From an uncultured virus (IMG/VR IMGVR_UViG_3300023210_002494) (Duplodnaviria > Heunggongvirae > Uroviricota > Caudoviricetes): a stretch of 64,000 nt of DNA. Under the pieces are notes generated by a model. The model was not told where the DNA came from. It searched no databases and saw nothing but the letters and a program-made list of their open reading frames with translations. The DNA lies in IMG/VR virus record IMGVR_UViG_3300023210_002494; one strand, given 5' to 3'. Positions 47,869-57,623 of this stretch are shown here, one piece after another. A program made the position numbers and the translations under genes. Each line of letters begins with the position of its first letter. Positions within the stretch are counted from its first letter, which is position 1.

Positions 47869-50800
47869 ATTAAATTCCGGAGATGTTTTTACAAACCCAG
47901 TAGGTAACAATTTAGTTGTTGTTGACCCTAATAAAGTTATGGGCTCCAATGGTAAAATCGTAGATAGACTAGTCAATCACGAAGATTTAGTAATGTACGC
48001 CAACCTAACAGCAAAAATTTATCCAAGAAGTAAAATTATTGCTGGTGCAGCTGCGGGTGATGAAATAAAAGTAGATTTATTTGATGGTGAATTAAATTTT
48101 TTAAAACCAGGTGGTAAAAAGAATTTAGATTCAGATTGGACAGAAGGATTTACAGACCCAGATTTTGGTAAAAGTAAAAAAAGTGATAAAAACGGTGTTA
48201 AACCATCTAGAGTTTTTGATAATGATAAAGATTTTGGTGGGTTTGGTATCACATCTATAAGTGTTAAGGTTAATTCTTCCTATATACCACAAGTAAGTAT
48301 AAACTTTACGGACGTTAGGGGTAAAACATTATTTGAACAAGCAAAAACTAACTCACCATACACAGCATTTTTTCACCTACCGTACCCAACATTTTTTCTA
48401 ACACTTAAAGGGTATTATGGTAAAGCGGTTCAGTATCAGTTAACTCTGGAAAAATTTGTATCAAGATTCGACCCTAGTAGTGGTGACTATTTAATAACTT
48501 GTGATTTTAAAGGTAACCACATTGCCCTTTTACGTGATATAAACATGCATCAATGTGTTACAGCACCTTATATGTACCCCACAAGAGTAGATGGTGACGG
48601 AAACGTAACATCAACAAAAGGAAGACAGATTATGAGAAATGTCTATAAAATATATAAAGACTCTAAATTAATACCTAATGATTTTCCAGAATACACCATA
48701 GTAGAATTAATAGAAAAAGTAAAAACATTAGATAAAGATTTAGGAAAATTATATGGGCAAAAAAACTTAACAACAACTACGGATAAATTAAGGTATGAAG
48801 AAACCCTAGACAAATTAAAAGAAAAATTTAAAAAGGATTGGATGAGTGAGTATCTAGCCACTGACCTTGGAGAGGATGTAGAAATATTAATAAAAGAAGT
48901 TAATGGTGAAGGTAATAGTGTAACCAAAAAAGTTTGGACAACAGCCTACCCATTAAAAGCTACAGGAAATATAAATGAAGAGGTAAAGGAGGGTAATGGT
49001 AATCGAACAGAAATGTTACAACAAGCCGAAATAGAAGCACTTGAAGCTTTAGCACAAGTAGTTTTACCAGAATTAAGCAAATTAAGTGAAAACAATACAT
49101 TTGGTGTTGATGGTGTAGAAGATGGCAAATATAAAGTAAATGACTATTTTGGTGAACGAGTGAGTAATGGATTTGGTTTTAACGTAAGACAACTCTATAA
49201 AGGAATGAAGGTAAATGGGCCCGACGGAATTAAAGTTGAGAACACCGAAAAACTTAACCAAGACTCTACGGGTAAAAATAGAGAACTAGAACCTTGGTTT
49301 ATCACAGGAAAAGCAAGTCAAACTTTTTATGGTAGATGGAACCTACAAAAGAAAAGTTTTGATACTAAAGCTAAAGAAATGTCACAAGAAATTTCTGCTG
49401 AATTAAATGAACGACTACAAAATTATTTAGGGTTTGTACCTACAATAAGAAATGTATTTGCAATTATAGTTGCTGGTGCGGATACGTTTTTAAGGTTATT
49501 AGATGATGTCCACACAAATGCGATGAGACAAAGCACCAACCCAAAAAGGTTAGCGGTTGCTAATCAGTCAAATGATACAGCTAAAAATAATACAAAAGAT
49601 AATGAAATTTGTTACCCTTGGCCTCAATACTATGTTGTTGAAGAGGAGGGAGCTTGTGGTATAACTTCTGCGGTATTAAAATATCCAGGAGCTACTGACG
49701 TAATAGACGTAAATGAATCTAATAACAAAAAATTTTGGCCAGAAGTAGATTTTGTAGAAGAATATGTTAAAAGTACCGTATATAGAATAAGTGATTATAA
49801 ATTTGCAACTATTAACACAGGAATCTCAAAACAATTTACACCAATAAATGTTAGAGACTGGCCAGCAAAAACAGCACCCTACACAACTAAAGATAATAGT
49901 GAGTTTTTATTTGAAATATTAGATAGAGCACAATCAGTCATTACTTTTGGTAGTGTAATGACAAGATACCAAAGCTCCCAATCACTACCACTAATAGGTG
50001 AATCACTAACGGAATTAGCGGGGTATGAAGCACAAAATATAAATAAACAAATCGAAGAAAACCCAAAACTAAAAGAATTTATAGCATCCATAACAAGTTT
50101 TGAAGATATAGAAAGAAAATTAAAATCAACATCACCATACAACTTTAGTATCTATGAAAATTTTGGTATAATAACACCCTTTAACCAAAAAACATTTACA
50201 ATTGAAACAAGACCAAATAACCCATTTGAAATTGTTAGTAAAAATTTCTCATTAAATTCTAGTGTTTTAGACGTTTCTAAAACTACCGGATTTTTTGATA
50301 CGGTACCTTTCCTACCCCCAGCTCAAAATTCTGGGTGGGTAACTAAAAATTTAGCTGGTGGTGAATTAATTTCTGGTCCTGGTGATTTTTATAGGTTAAA
50401 AAATTTATATTATGACATAAATGATGATGGTGTTTTAAAAGATATTGATAATATACTGTATTTAACGGGCTCTGACGTATGTAGAGCAAGGTTTGATAGG
50501 GGTAGTTGGTTTAATACTGAAATAAGCGGACCAATATCCGACAGCTCAATTGTAGACGAATATTACAACACGAAAGGTTTTCTTACAGATACAGGCTTTT
50601 TTCTAAATTATACGGAAGGAAGTATTAAAAATTCTTTAACACCAATTAATGTTGTAAACCCACCTACCACAGCAAATCAAGAAATAGATTTAACAACTAA
50701 AAAGTTAACGTCTATGTTAAACACACCTTATTTTATTAATTCATTATTGGATGGTGTAAATAAAGACCAAGTTGGTTCTACAAATCCATACACATTAAGT

Positions 50801-53800
50801 TCTTATTTATTCTTAAATTCTTTACCATTAATAAATTTTAGAGAAAAGGTATTTAATGATTTTGGTGACATGTTGAGTTATGTAGCTATCTCATTTAATC
50901 AAATGCCAGCTTTACATAAAGTACCACTAACACTACTTCTTAAAATAGGGTCCATATGGTGGAGATATAAACAAAATGTAAAAACGGGAGCAGACCCATT
51001 AACAAGTGTTTGGGATAATCTAGGTAATAGTCCATCCACGGTATATGACCCAGTAAATAACTCAATTAACACAAACTTCACTTTTACGGGTAGTACTGAT
51101 GGCACAACATATAACTATACCTCAGAAGATATCCCCAATAACTCAGTTAGTGTTGGGGTATATCCAACATTAATAGAAGCTATACAATATATAACAACTG
51201 ACACAATAACTAGTTATACACCACCAGTAGCTGGTTCGTCTTTAAATTTAATGTTTAATCCACTACCTCTTCCATTAGTAGACCTAAATTTAACTATAGA
51301 AAATAACACTAATTTAGCTTACACTAGTACCGACGGAACCAAAATAAAATACTACAATGTATATCTAGACTCAAAAAATATAAATGATGATAGTTTGGGG
51401 ATTAAATTCGGTAATAAAATTAAACCAAAAAGATACTTTATTTTATACCCTTGTACGGGCGGTATAAAATGGACTGAAGCACCGGCCTATGCTGACGACG
51501 GAAGTATGAGCCCAGCAATTCTACCAAACAACATAAACTCATTACACAATGGAGCCGCCAGAATGTTATGGTACTCATCACCCAAGGGATACTTTGAACA
51601 CAAAAGTTCGTACAAACCCTCACCAAATCAATATATTAAATTAGTCGACCCATCGATAGATAAACAGACAATACCTTGGTCTCTTATAGAAGGTGGTAAT
51701 TATTCCACAATAGATGATTTAAGGGGTGTGTTTAACACAGAACAACTTGACGAGTTTGAAAAAATGTTTTTAAAATTTTCTGATAGTAAAACCACTTCAT
51801 CTGCGGTTACATCTACACTAAAAAGTATTATAAAAGATATTAGTTATGTGACCGACAGGGATATAGATGAGGCCACATTAGAATTTGATGTGGTAACAGG
51901 GTCAGATTTACTAGCGGCACAAGCACTTAAATTTCCATATATAATAGAAAATTTAATAAACACAAATGTAGATTACTCACATAATTCTACAAATAATTTG
52001 GATATGATTGTAAATGGGTCTACAGTACTACAAAACCTAATGGGTCTTTATAGTGAGAGTGTCGACTATAATTTTGGAACCTACGCAGAGTCATCAACAC
52101 TAATCCCAACAACACCCGCAGGGACATTTCCACCATTAACACAAGAACATATAGATATGCAAATTTATGTGGGCGAACACTATGTTAGTAATGACCCATT
52201 AGACATACTTACTACAACAGATACTAGTAATCCATTCTATAACTTTTTTGTTACAGCAAGACCTGATGGTAATGGAATAACATTCAACAGTAATAATATA
52301 CAAGCTTTTGCTCCAATAATTAGAATGTATGGTACCTATTGTTCAAAAACCCCAGCATTAAACACTTTTCCCGCTCATGAGTATTTTAAATTATTAGTTA
52401 CAGAATTAGAAACATTAAATAATAAAGAAGAAGATTATGTTAACGCTATTTTAAAAGAAACAAACAAAAAAATAAAGAAAGAAAAAAATCTAAGTAAATT
52501 AAAAGAAGCTGACCCTAGAGCTAATGTGGAGGGGGATGACTTAAAATTAGAATTATATAATGGATTCAAAACTATGAATGATAGGTGGGTTTCTGGAATT
52601 AACCTAACAGCAACTGGTGGAACATTGTTTGAAAGATTTTTATTTTTAGATAGGGCAAATAGAGATATTGGAAGTGAAGCGATAGTTAATATATGGGATG
52701 TTCTAAAACTAGACTCCCCATTTGACGACGCTAGTTCTAAAACTCTAACTCAAAGTATAGCAAGTTACCTAAGTATTATTTTAGCTAATAATTATTTTAA
52801 TTTTATACCACTACCATCCTACATTAACTTCTTTAATGTGGAGGGGGACAATTCACAAAGACAAGGTAATGCAATGTTTGGTACATTTACTACAGTAGAT
52901 TATTTAGACTCTAGGCCAGCATTCCTATGTCAATACGTTGGAAAAACATCAAGTCAATTAGACGTAAAAACTTCTAACAATGGATATAGTACCGACACAT
53001 TTAACGTTAATAACACAGCAAATAACCCACTATTGGCAGAAGAATGTGGTGATAGAAAACTATCCAACAAAGTAATGGGGTTTAATGTGGACTTTGGTAT
53101 CGCAAATCAAAATATATTTGAATCGGTAACATTAGACCAATCACAATACCAAAACACTGCTGAAAGTTATAAAATTTTACAAGAAATGGCAAATTCTGGT
53201 GGTGGGGGAGCTACCACAATGGCCTCAACATCATTATATAATGTATACGCTAGTAGGTCTTATACAGCAAAAATTACCTGTATGGGTAACGTAACAATAC
53301 AACCAACACAATATTTTCAGTTAAGATATTTACCTATGTTTAATGGGCCATACTTAATTATTAATGTTGAACATGATATAAGACCTAATACTATTGAAAC
53401 TAGTTTTGAGGGCATCAGAGTACCAATACCAAAACTACCAAAAATAGATGATTTAGTACAACGTGTTAATGAAAGTTTATATAAAGAAGCGGAGACAAAT
53501 CTAAAAGAAACGAGAAAACCAAACTACTACTATGATGATTTAACAGCTACAAAACAACAAATGAAACTACTACCAAACCAAGATGGGTATATAGATAGTG
53601 GTAGTACATATACTTCATTAAATGACCCAGTAACTTTTGGTTACGCTATGGACACTCAACAAGTAGAGTATTCAGAAGATAACCCACTAGAACCACACTT
53701 AGGTTTAGATTACATTCCTCTAACTGAATATACTGAATTAGCGTCTAGTGAAGAAGGATTATCGATATACCCAGTTATAGATGGTATTGTTACGGCAGTT

Positions 53801-54181
53801 CTTGATGGATGTACGGTAGGTAATACTAGTGATAATTGTGGGTTAGGTAATTATATTGAAATAACAAAAACACTACAGGAAAATCCAACAGAAAACGAAA
53901 CAGCTTACTACAAAGTTACGTACTATTACTTACGAGAAGGTATTTTAGTTGCGGCCAATGAAGGGGCGGAATCAATAGTAGACAGAAACAGTGTTCCAAT
54001 TCAACCTTCTACACTAGGAGGCACAATATCCATGGGTAGAAAAATAGCTAAATTAGGTAATACTGGAAAATCTAAAGGACAACACCTACATTTAGAAATA
54101 CGTAGAGGTGTACAAATAGAAGGCAAAATAGTAGAACACATACTAAACCCTAGAAATATAATACCACCTTTTTCTTTTTAG
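47858..54181 (+). CDS. Very large baseplate hub protein with C-terminal M23 peptidase domain
   Basis: Hub-like FGITSISVK and MGNVTIQPTQYFQL...GPYLIINVEH; M23 motifs HLGLD, GLGNYIEI, GNTGKSKGQHLHLEI. Confidence 0.7.
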   Translation: MADKLNSGDVFTNPVGNNLVVVDPNKVMGSNGKIVDRLVNHEDLVMYANLTAKIYPRSKIIAGAAAGDEIKVDLFDGELNFLKPGGKKNLDSDWTEGFTDPDFGKSKKSDKNGVKPSRVFDNDKDFGGFGITSISVKVNSSYIPQVSINFTDVRGKTLFEQAKTNSPYTAFFHLPYPTFFLTLKGYYGKAVQYQLTLEKFVSRFDPSSGDYLITCDFKGNHIALLRDINMHQCVTAPYMYPTRVDGDGNVTSTKGRQIMRNVYKIYKDSKLIPNDFPEYTIVELIEKVKTLDKDLGKLYGQKNLTTTTDKLRYEETLDKLKEKFKKDWMSEYLATDLGEDVEILIKEVNGEGNSVTKKVWTTAYPLKATGNINEEVKEGNGNRTEMLQQAEIEALEALAQVVLPELSKLSENNTFGVDGVEDGKYKVNDYFGERVSNGFGFNVRQLYKGMKVNGPDGIKVENTEKLNQDSTGKNRELEPWFITGKASQTFYGRWNLQKKSFDTKAKEMSQEISAELNERLQNYLGFVPTIRNVFAIIVAGADTFLRLLDDVHTNAMRQSTNPKRLAVANQSNDTAKNNTKDNEICYPWPQYYVVEEEGACGITSAVLKYPGATDVIDVNESNNKKFWPEVDFVEEYVKSTVYRISDYKFATINTGISKQFTPINVRDWPAKTAPYTTKDNSEFLFEILDRAQSVITFGSVMTRYQSSQSLPLIGESLTELAGYEAQNINKQIEENPKLKEFIASITSFEDIERKLKSTSPYNFSIYENFGIITPFNQKTFTIETRPNNPFEIVSKNFSLNSSVLDVSKTTGFFDTVPFLPPAQNSGWVTKNLAGGELISGPGDFYRLKNLYYDINDDGVLKDIDNILYLTGSDVCRARFDRGSWFNTEISGPISDSSIVDEYYNTKGFLTDTGFFLNYTEGSIKNSLTPINVVNPPTTANQEIDLTTKKLTSMLNTPYFINSLLDGVNKDQVGSTNPYTLSSYLFLNSLPLINFREKVFNDFGDMLSYVAISFNQMPALHKVPLTLLLKIGSIWWRYKQNVKTGADPLTSVWDNLGNSPSTVYDPVNNSINTNFTFTGSTDGTTYNYTSEDIPNNSVSVGVYPTLIEAIQYITTDTITSYTPPVAGSSLNLMFNPLPLPLVDLNLTIENNTNLAYTSTDGTKIKYYNVYLDSKNINDDSLGIKFGNKIKPKRYFILYPCTGGIKWTEAPAYADDGSMSPAILPNNINSLHNGAARMLWYSSPKGYFEHKSSYKPSPNQYIKLVDPSIDKQTIPWSLIEGGNYSTIDDLRGVFNTEQLDEFEKMFLKFSDSKTTSSAVTSTLKSIIKDISYVTDRDIDEATLEFDVVTGSDLLAAQALKFPYIIENLINTNVDYSHNSTNNLDMIVNGSTVLQNLMGLYSESVDYNFGTYAESSTLIPTTPAGTFPPLTQEHIDMQIYVGEHYVSNDPLDILTTTDTSNPFYNFFVTARPDGNGITFNSNNIQAFAPIIRMYGTYCSKTPALNTFPAHEYFKLLVTELETLNNKEEDYVNAILKETNKKIKKEKNLSKLKEADPRANVEGDDLKLELYNGFKTMNDRWVSGINLTATGGTLFERFLFLDRANRDIGSEAIVNIWDVLKLDSPFDDASSKTLTQSIASYLSIILANNYFNFIPLPSYINFFNVEGDNSQRQGNAMFGTFTTVDYLDSRPAFLCQYVGKTSSQLDVKTSNNGYSTDTFNVNNTANNPLLAEECGDRKLSNKVMGFNVDFGIANQNIFESVTLDQSQYQNTAESYKILQEMANSGGGGATTMASTSLYNVYASRSYTAKITCMGNVTIQPTQYFQLRYLPMFNGPYLIINVEHDIRPNTIETSFEGIRVPIPKLPKIDDLVQRVNESLYKEAETNLKETRKPNYYYDDLTATKQQMKLLPNQDGYIDSGSTYTSLNDPVTFGYAMDTQQVEYSEDNPLEPHLGLDYIPLTEYTELASSEEGLSIYPVIDGIVTAVLDGCTVGNTSDNCGLGNYIEITKTLQENPTENETAYYKVTYYYLREGILVAANEGAESIVDRNSVPIQPSTLGGTISMGRKIAKLGNTGKSKGQHLHLEIRRGVQIEGKIVEHILNPRNIIPPFSF

Positions 54182-54205
54182 GTGGGTTTATAATCATCTT
54201 GGGGA

Positions 54206-54213
54206 TATTTATA
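54206..54213 (+). promoter_or_regulatory. TATTTATA putative late promoter
   Basis: 13 nt upstream of ATG 54227. Confidence 0.55.
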
Positions 54214-54226
54214 TAAAAAAAGAAAT

Positions 54227-54466
54227 ATGATTTCAGAAAGTATAAAACAAAAATTAGGTAATTTTTTAGGCAAAAAAACAGATAATGTAGTTGAAAACGG
54301 TGCAAACCAAGATGGACAACAAGTTTGTGATTTAGATACTGGTGTTTGTTATACTATTAGAAGTAGGGATGGACTAATTGAAAGAGTTGAAAATAGTATT
54401 AGAGTAAATAGAAGAGTACAAGTAGAGTCACCATCAGGTGAAGTAAAACAATTATTAAATGGCTAA
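54227..54466 (+). CDS. Small hypothetical protein
   Basis: 79 aa with CDLDTGVC; overlaps the next start. Confidence 0.6.
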   Translation: MISESIKQKLGNFLGKKTDNVVENGANQDGQQVCDLDTGVCYTIRSRDGLIERVENSIRVNRRVQVESPSGEVKQLLNG

Positions 54467-55196
54467 AGAATTAGAAAAAAAATTATTAAAAGAGTTATCT
54501 AGATTTAAAGAAATCGGACGTAATTCTAGTAACCTAGACGAACAACTTATTGGTGGTGGTTCAGGATTTGAAAAATCACAAGGAGCTTCAGACTTACTTA
54601 ATAAGTTTAAAAAACGTCAAGAAATGGGTGAACAAGAAGAAGACGCTGATATACCTTTAGACCCAGAAGCGGAAGTAGAGGATTTAGATGTGTCGGTTGA
54701 AGATGAACCAGCAATAGAAGATGTTGGAGATGAAGAAGATACTTTAGATTTAGATACTGATATAGATACTGAATTGGGTGGAGATACTAAAGAATTAGAT
54801 GTTACAGACTTAGTTACAAAACAAGATGAAGTTAATACAGAACTATCCGACCAAAAAGACATACTTTCTAAAAATAGTGAAAGTTTAGATGACTTAATGA
54901 ATAAATTATCAGAATTAGAAACCCACTTATCATCTATGGATGATATGGTACAAAAAATTGGTAATTTAGAAAACAAAATTGAAGAATACCGTCCACGTAC
55001 CCCAGAAGAAAAATTAGGATTAAAAAAACATGACAGTGGTCCCTACACTCAAAACCTAAGTGATTTTTTTGTTGATAAAGAAGAAGTGTTTGACAAGACA
55101 GGTAAAAAACAATACATTTTAACAAAAGATGATGTCGATAACTACAGTAAAGACGATATCAAAAAAAGCTTTTCAGAACCAGAAGAAGAAGAATAG
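54459..55196 (+). CDS. Acidic coiled-coil protein, possible prohead core/scaffold component
   Basis: N-terminal LLKELSRFKEI tag, D/E-rich linker, heptad segment LDDLMNKLSELETHLSSM. Confidence 0.5.
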   Translation: MAKELEKKLLKELSRFKEIGRNSSNLDEQLIGGGSGFEKSQGASDLLNKFKKRQEMGEQEEDADIPLDPEAEVEDLDVSVEDEPAIEDVGDEEDTLDLDTDIDTELGGDTKELDVTDLVTKQDEVNTELSDQKDILSKNSESLDDLMNKLSELETHLSSMDDMVQKIGNLENKIEEYRPRTPEEKLGLKKHDSGPYTQNLSDFFVDKEEVFDKTGKKQYILTKDDVDNYSKDDIKKSFSEPEEEE

Positions 55197-55216
55197 TAAA
55201 CTTACACCCATCTTTA

Positions 55217-55254
55217 TTTGACATACCCATAATATATTCTTATATTTATTTATA
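55217..55254 (+). promoter_or_regulatory. Composite promoter heading the replication operon
   Basis: TTGACA (55218)-N17-TATATT, also TTTG-N20-TATATTTA, overlapping TATTTATA at 55247-55254. Confidence 0.65.
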
Positions 55255-55285
55255 CATTAATTAATTAATTATTAAAAAAAAAATC

Positions 55286-56152
55286 ATGAGTAATAGTTTA
55301 GACGCGGTTTTAGCTCAATACGAGAAAAACAAACAAAGTGGCGGTTCCACAAAACCACAAATGACATCAGAAGAAAGAATGAAACAATACCTTTCTATTA
55401 TGTTACCAAAAGGAACAAAACAAGGAGAAAAAAGAATTAGAATAGTACCGACAACAGACGGTTCATCACCATTTAAAGAAGTATTCTTCCACAATGTACA
55501 GGTACAAGGAAGGTGGCAAAAACTTTATGACCCAGGAAAAGATGAAACTGGAAAACCATCTGGTGAAAGAAGTCCATTAAATGAAGTTGAAGAAGCTTTA
55601 AGATTAGCGGGTGACGCACAATCAAAAGAATTAGCACGTTCTTATCGTTCACAAAAATTTTACATTGTAAAAGTTGTAGATAGAGACAATGAAGAAGATG
55701 GAGTAAAATTCTGGAGATTTAAACACAATTGGAAAGGTGACGGACCTATAGATAAAATTATCCCTATTTGGAGAAATAAAGGTGATGTTACAGATATTAA
55801 TGAAGGTAGGGACTTAATATTAATATTACAAGCAGTACCATTACCAGGGGGTAGAGGTGAATATACAACAGTATCTTCAGTTATGTATGAAGACCCGGGA
55901 GTATTATCAACGGACCCAGCTCAAGCAAAAGAATGGTCAGGAGATGAAAGAACTTGGAGAGATGTTTATTCACAAAAACCAGTAGAGTACTTAGAAGCTA
56001 TATCTAAAGGTTTAGACCCAGTATGGGATTCAGAACTTAAGAAGTATGTTTACGATGACCCTAACAGTGTTAGTAATTCTACAAATACAACAACATTAGG
56101 TTCTACCGACCCTCAAGCAAACGAACCACAATCCGAAGATTTACCATTTTAA
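55286..56152 (+). CDS. Single-stranded DNA-binding protein (gp32-like)
   Basis: IRIVP, PFKEVFFH, EEDGVKFWRF, DINEGRDL; C-terminal EDLPF; upstream of recA. Confidence 0.7.
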   Translation: MSNSLDAVLAQYEKNKQSGGSTKPQMTSEERMKQYLSIMLPKGTKQGEKRIRIVPTTDGSSPFKEVFFHNVQVQGRWQKLYDPGKDETGKPSGERSPLNEVEEALRLAGDAQSKELARSYRSQKFYIVKVVDRDNEEDGVKFWRFKHNWKGDGPIDKIIPIWRNKGDVTDINEGRDLILILQAVPLPGGRGEYTTVSSVMYEDPGVLSTDPAQAKEWSGDERTWRDVYSQKPVEYLEAISKGLDPVWDSELKKYVYDDPNSVSNSTNTTTLGSTDPQANEPQSEDLPF

Positions 56153-56161
56153 TAAGTAGAT

Positions 56162-57166
56162 ATGGCATTAAAAAAAAGGACATTTGCGGACCTAAAAAGT
56201 AAATTCTCAAAGAAAGCTAACTTTAAACCAGAAAGATTTTTTGATTTAGGGAAAGCTTTCCTTGATGCTACAGGATTACCAGGACCGGCTATGGGACATT
56301 TACAAATGTTCCTTGGTCATTCTGATACTGGAAAAACTACTGCTTTAATAAAGGCAGCGGTTGATGCACAAAGTAAAGGTATATTACCAGTATTAATTAT
56401 TACAGAACAAAAATGGGGGTTTGAACACGCAAAACTTTTAGGTTTTGATTGTGACGAAGTGGTTGATAAAACAACTGGTGAAATAGACTGGGACGGATTC
56501 TTCCTATTTAATAACGATTTTCAATACATAGAACAAATAACTGATTATATTAATGAGTTATTAGACGCTCAAGATAAAGGTGAGTTAGAATATGATTTAT
56601 TGTTTTTATGGGATTCTGTTGGTTCAGTACCATGTAAAATGACATTTGATGGTAAAGGTGGTAAAATGCATAACGCAGCAACTTTAGCGGATAAAATAGG
56701 TATGGGACTAAATCAAAGAATAGGTAAGTCAAGAAGACAGGACTCAAAGTACGTAAATACATTAGTGGTTGTAAACCAACCATGGGTGGAGTTACCAGAT
56801 AACCCATTTGGCCAACCAAAAATTAAAGCTAAGGGAGGCGAATCACTATGGTTAAACTCAACACTAGTGTTTAGATTCGGTAATCAAAAAAATGCTGGAA
56901 CTACAAATATTTCAGCTGTAAAAGAAAAAAGAAAAGTAAAATTTGCTACCAGAACTAAGATAACAATTATGAAAAACCATGTTAATGGGTTAGGGTATGA
57001 AGATGGAAAAATACTAATTACACCCCATGGCTTTATAGCTGGTAGGGAAGCTAGTGAAGAAAAAAAATCAATAGATAATTATAAACAAGAGAATGCTACA
57101 TTTTGGTCTGAACAATTAGGCGTAGGTGGTGATTTCGATTTAAAAATAGAAAAAGAAAATGACTAA
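56162..57166 (+). CDS. RecA/UvsX-like recombinase
   Basis: Walker A GHSDTGKT, LWDSVGS, VVVNQ, KGGE, KNHVNG. Confidence 0.85.
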   Translation: MALKKRTFADLKSKFSKKANFKPERFFDLGKAFLDATGLPGPAMGHLQMFLGHSDTGKTTALIKAAVDAQSKGILPVLIITEQKWGFEHAKLLGFDCDEVVDKTTGEIDWDGFFLFNNDFQYIEQITDYINELLDAQDKGELEYDLLFLWDSVGSVPCKMTFDGKGGKMHNAATLADKIGMGLNQRIGKSRRQDSKYVNTLVVVNQPWVELPDNPFGQPKIKAKGGESLWLNSTLVFRFGNQKNAGTTNISAVKEKRKVKFATRTKITIMKNHVNGLGYEDGKILITPHGFIAGREASEEKKSIDNYKQENATFWSEQLGVGGDFDLKIEKEND

Positions 57167-57593
57167 ATTAAAAACAGGAGACAAAGTAAAAGTACACTAT
57201 GTGGGTACTTTAAAAGATGGTTCAGAATTTGATAATTCTAGACAAAGAGAACAAACATTAGAATTTGCTATCGATGATGGTAAATTACTAAAAGGATTTA
57301 ACGATACAGTTAAAGATTTAAATGTTGGAGAAAAAGTAAAAGTAGAGTTACCAGCAAAAGAAGCTTATGGGGACTATATTACTGAAGCTGTCATTACAGT
57401 TAAAAAGACTGAATTTCCACCAGAAATGAAATTTGAAATGGATGGGTTCGTACAAGGGCAAGATAACCAAGGAAGGCCAGTACAAGGACAAATTGTTAAA
57501 ATTGAAGAAGAAAGTATAAATTTAGATATGAATCACCCACTAGCTGGTGAAGATTTAAATTTTGAAATTGAGTTGGTAGAATTAGTAAAGTAA
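57159..57593 (+). CDS. FKBP-type peptidyl-prolyl isomerase (SlyD/FkpB-like)
   Basis: VKVHYVGTLKDGSEFDNS, EAYG, LDMNHPLAGEDLNFEIELVE. Confidence 0.92.
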   Translation: MTKLKTGDKVKVHYVGTLKDGSEFDNSRQREQTLEFAIDDGKLLKGFNDTVKDLNVGEKVKVELPAKEAYGDYITEAVITVKKTEFPPEMKFEMDGFVQGQDNQGRPVQGQIVKIEEESINLDMNHPLAGEDLNFEIELVELVK

Positions 57594-57623
57594 AAAAATT
57601 GTTTAATCTTTTAATTAAATGTC

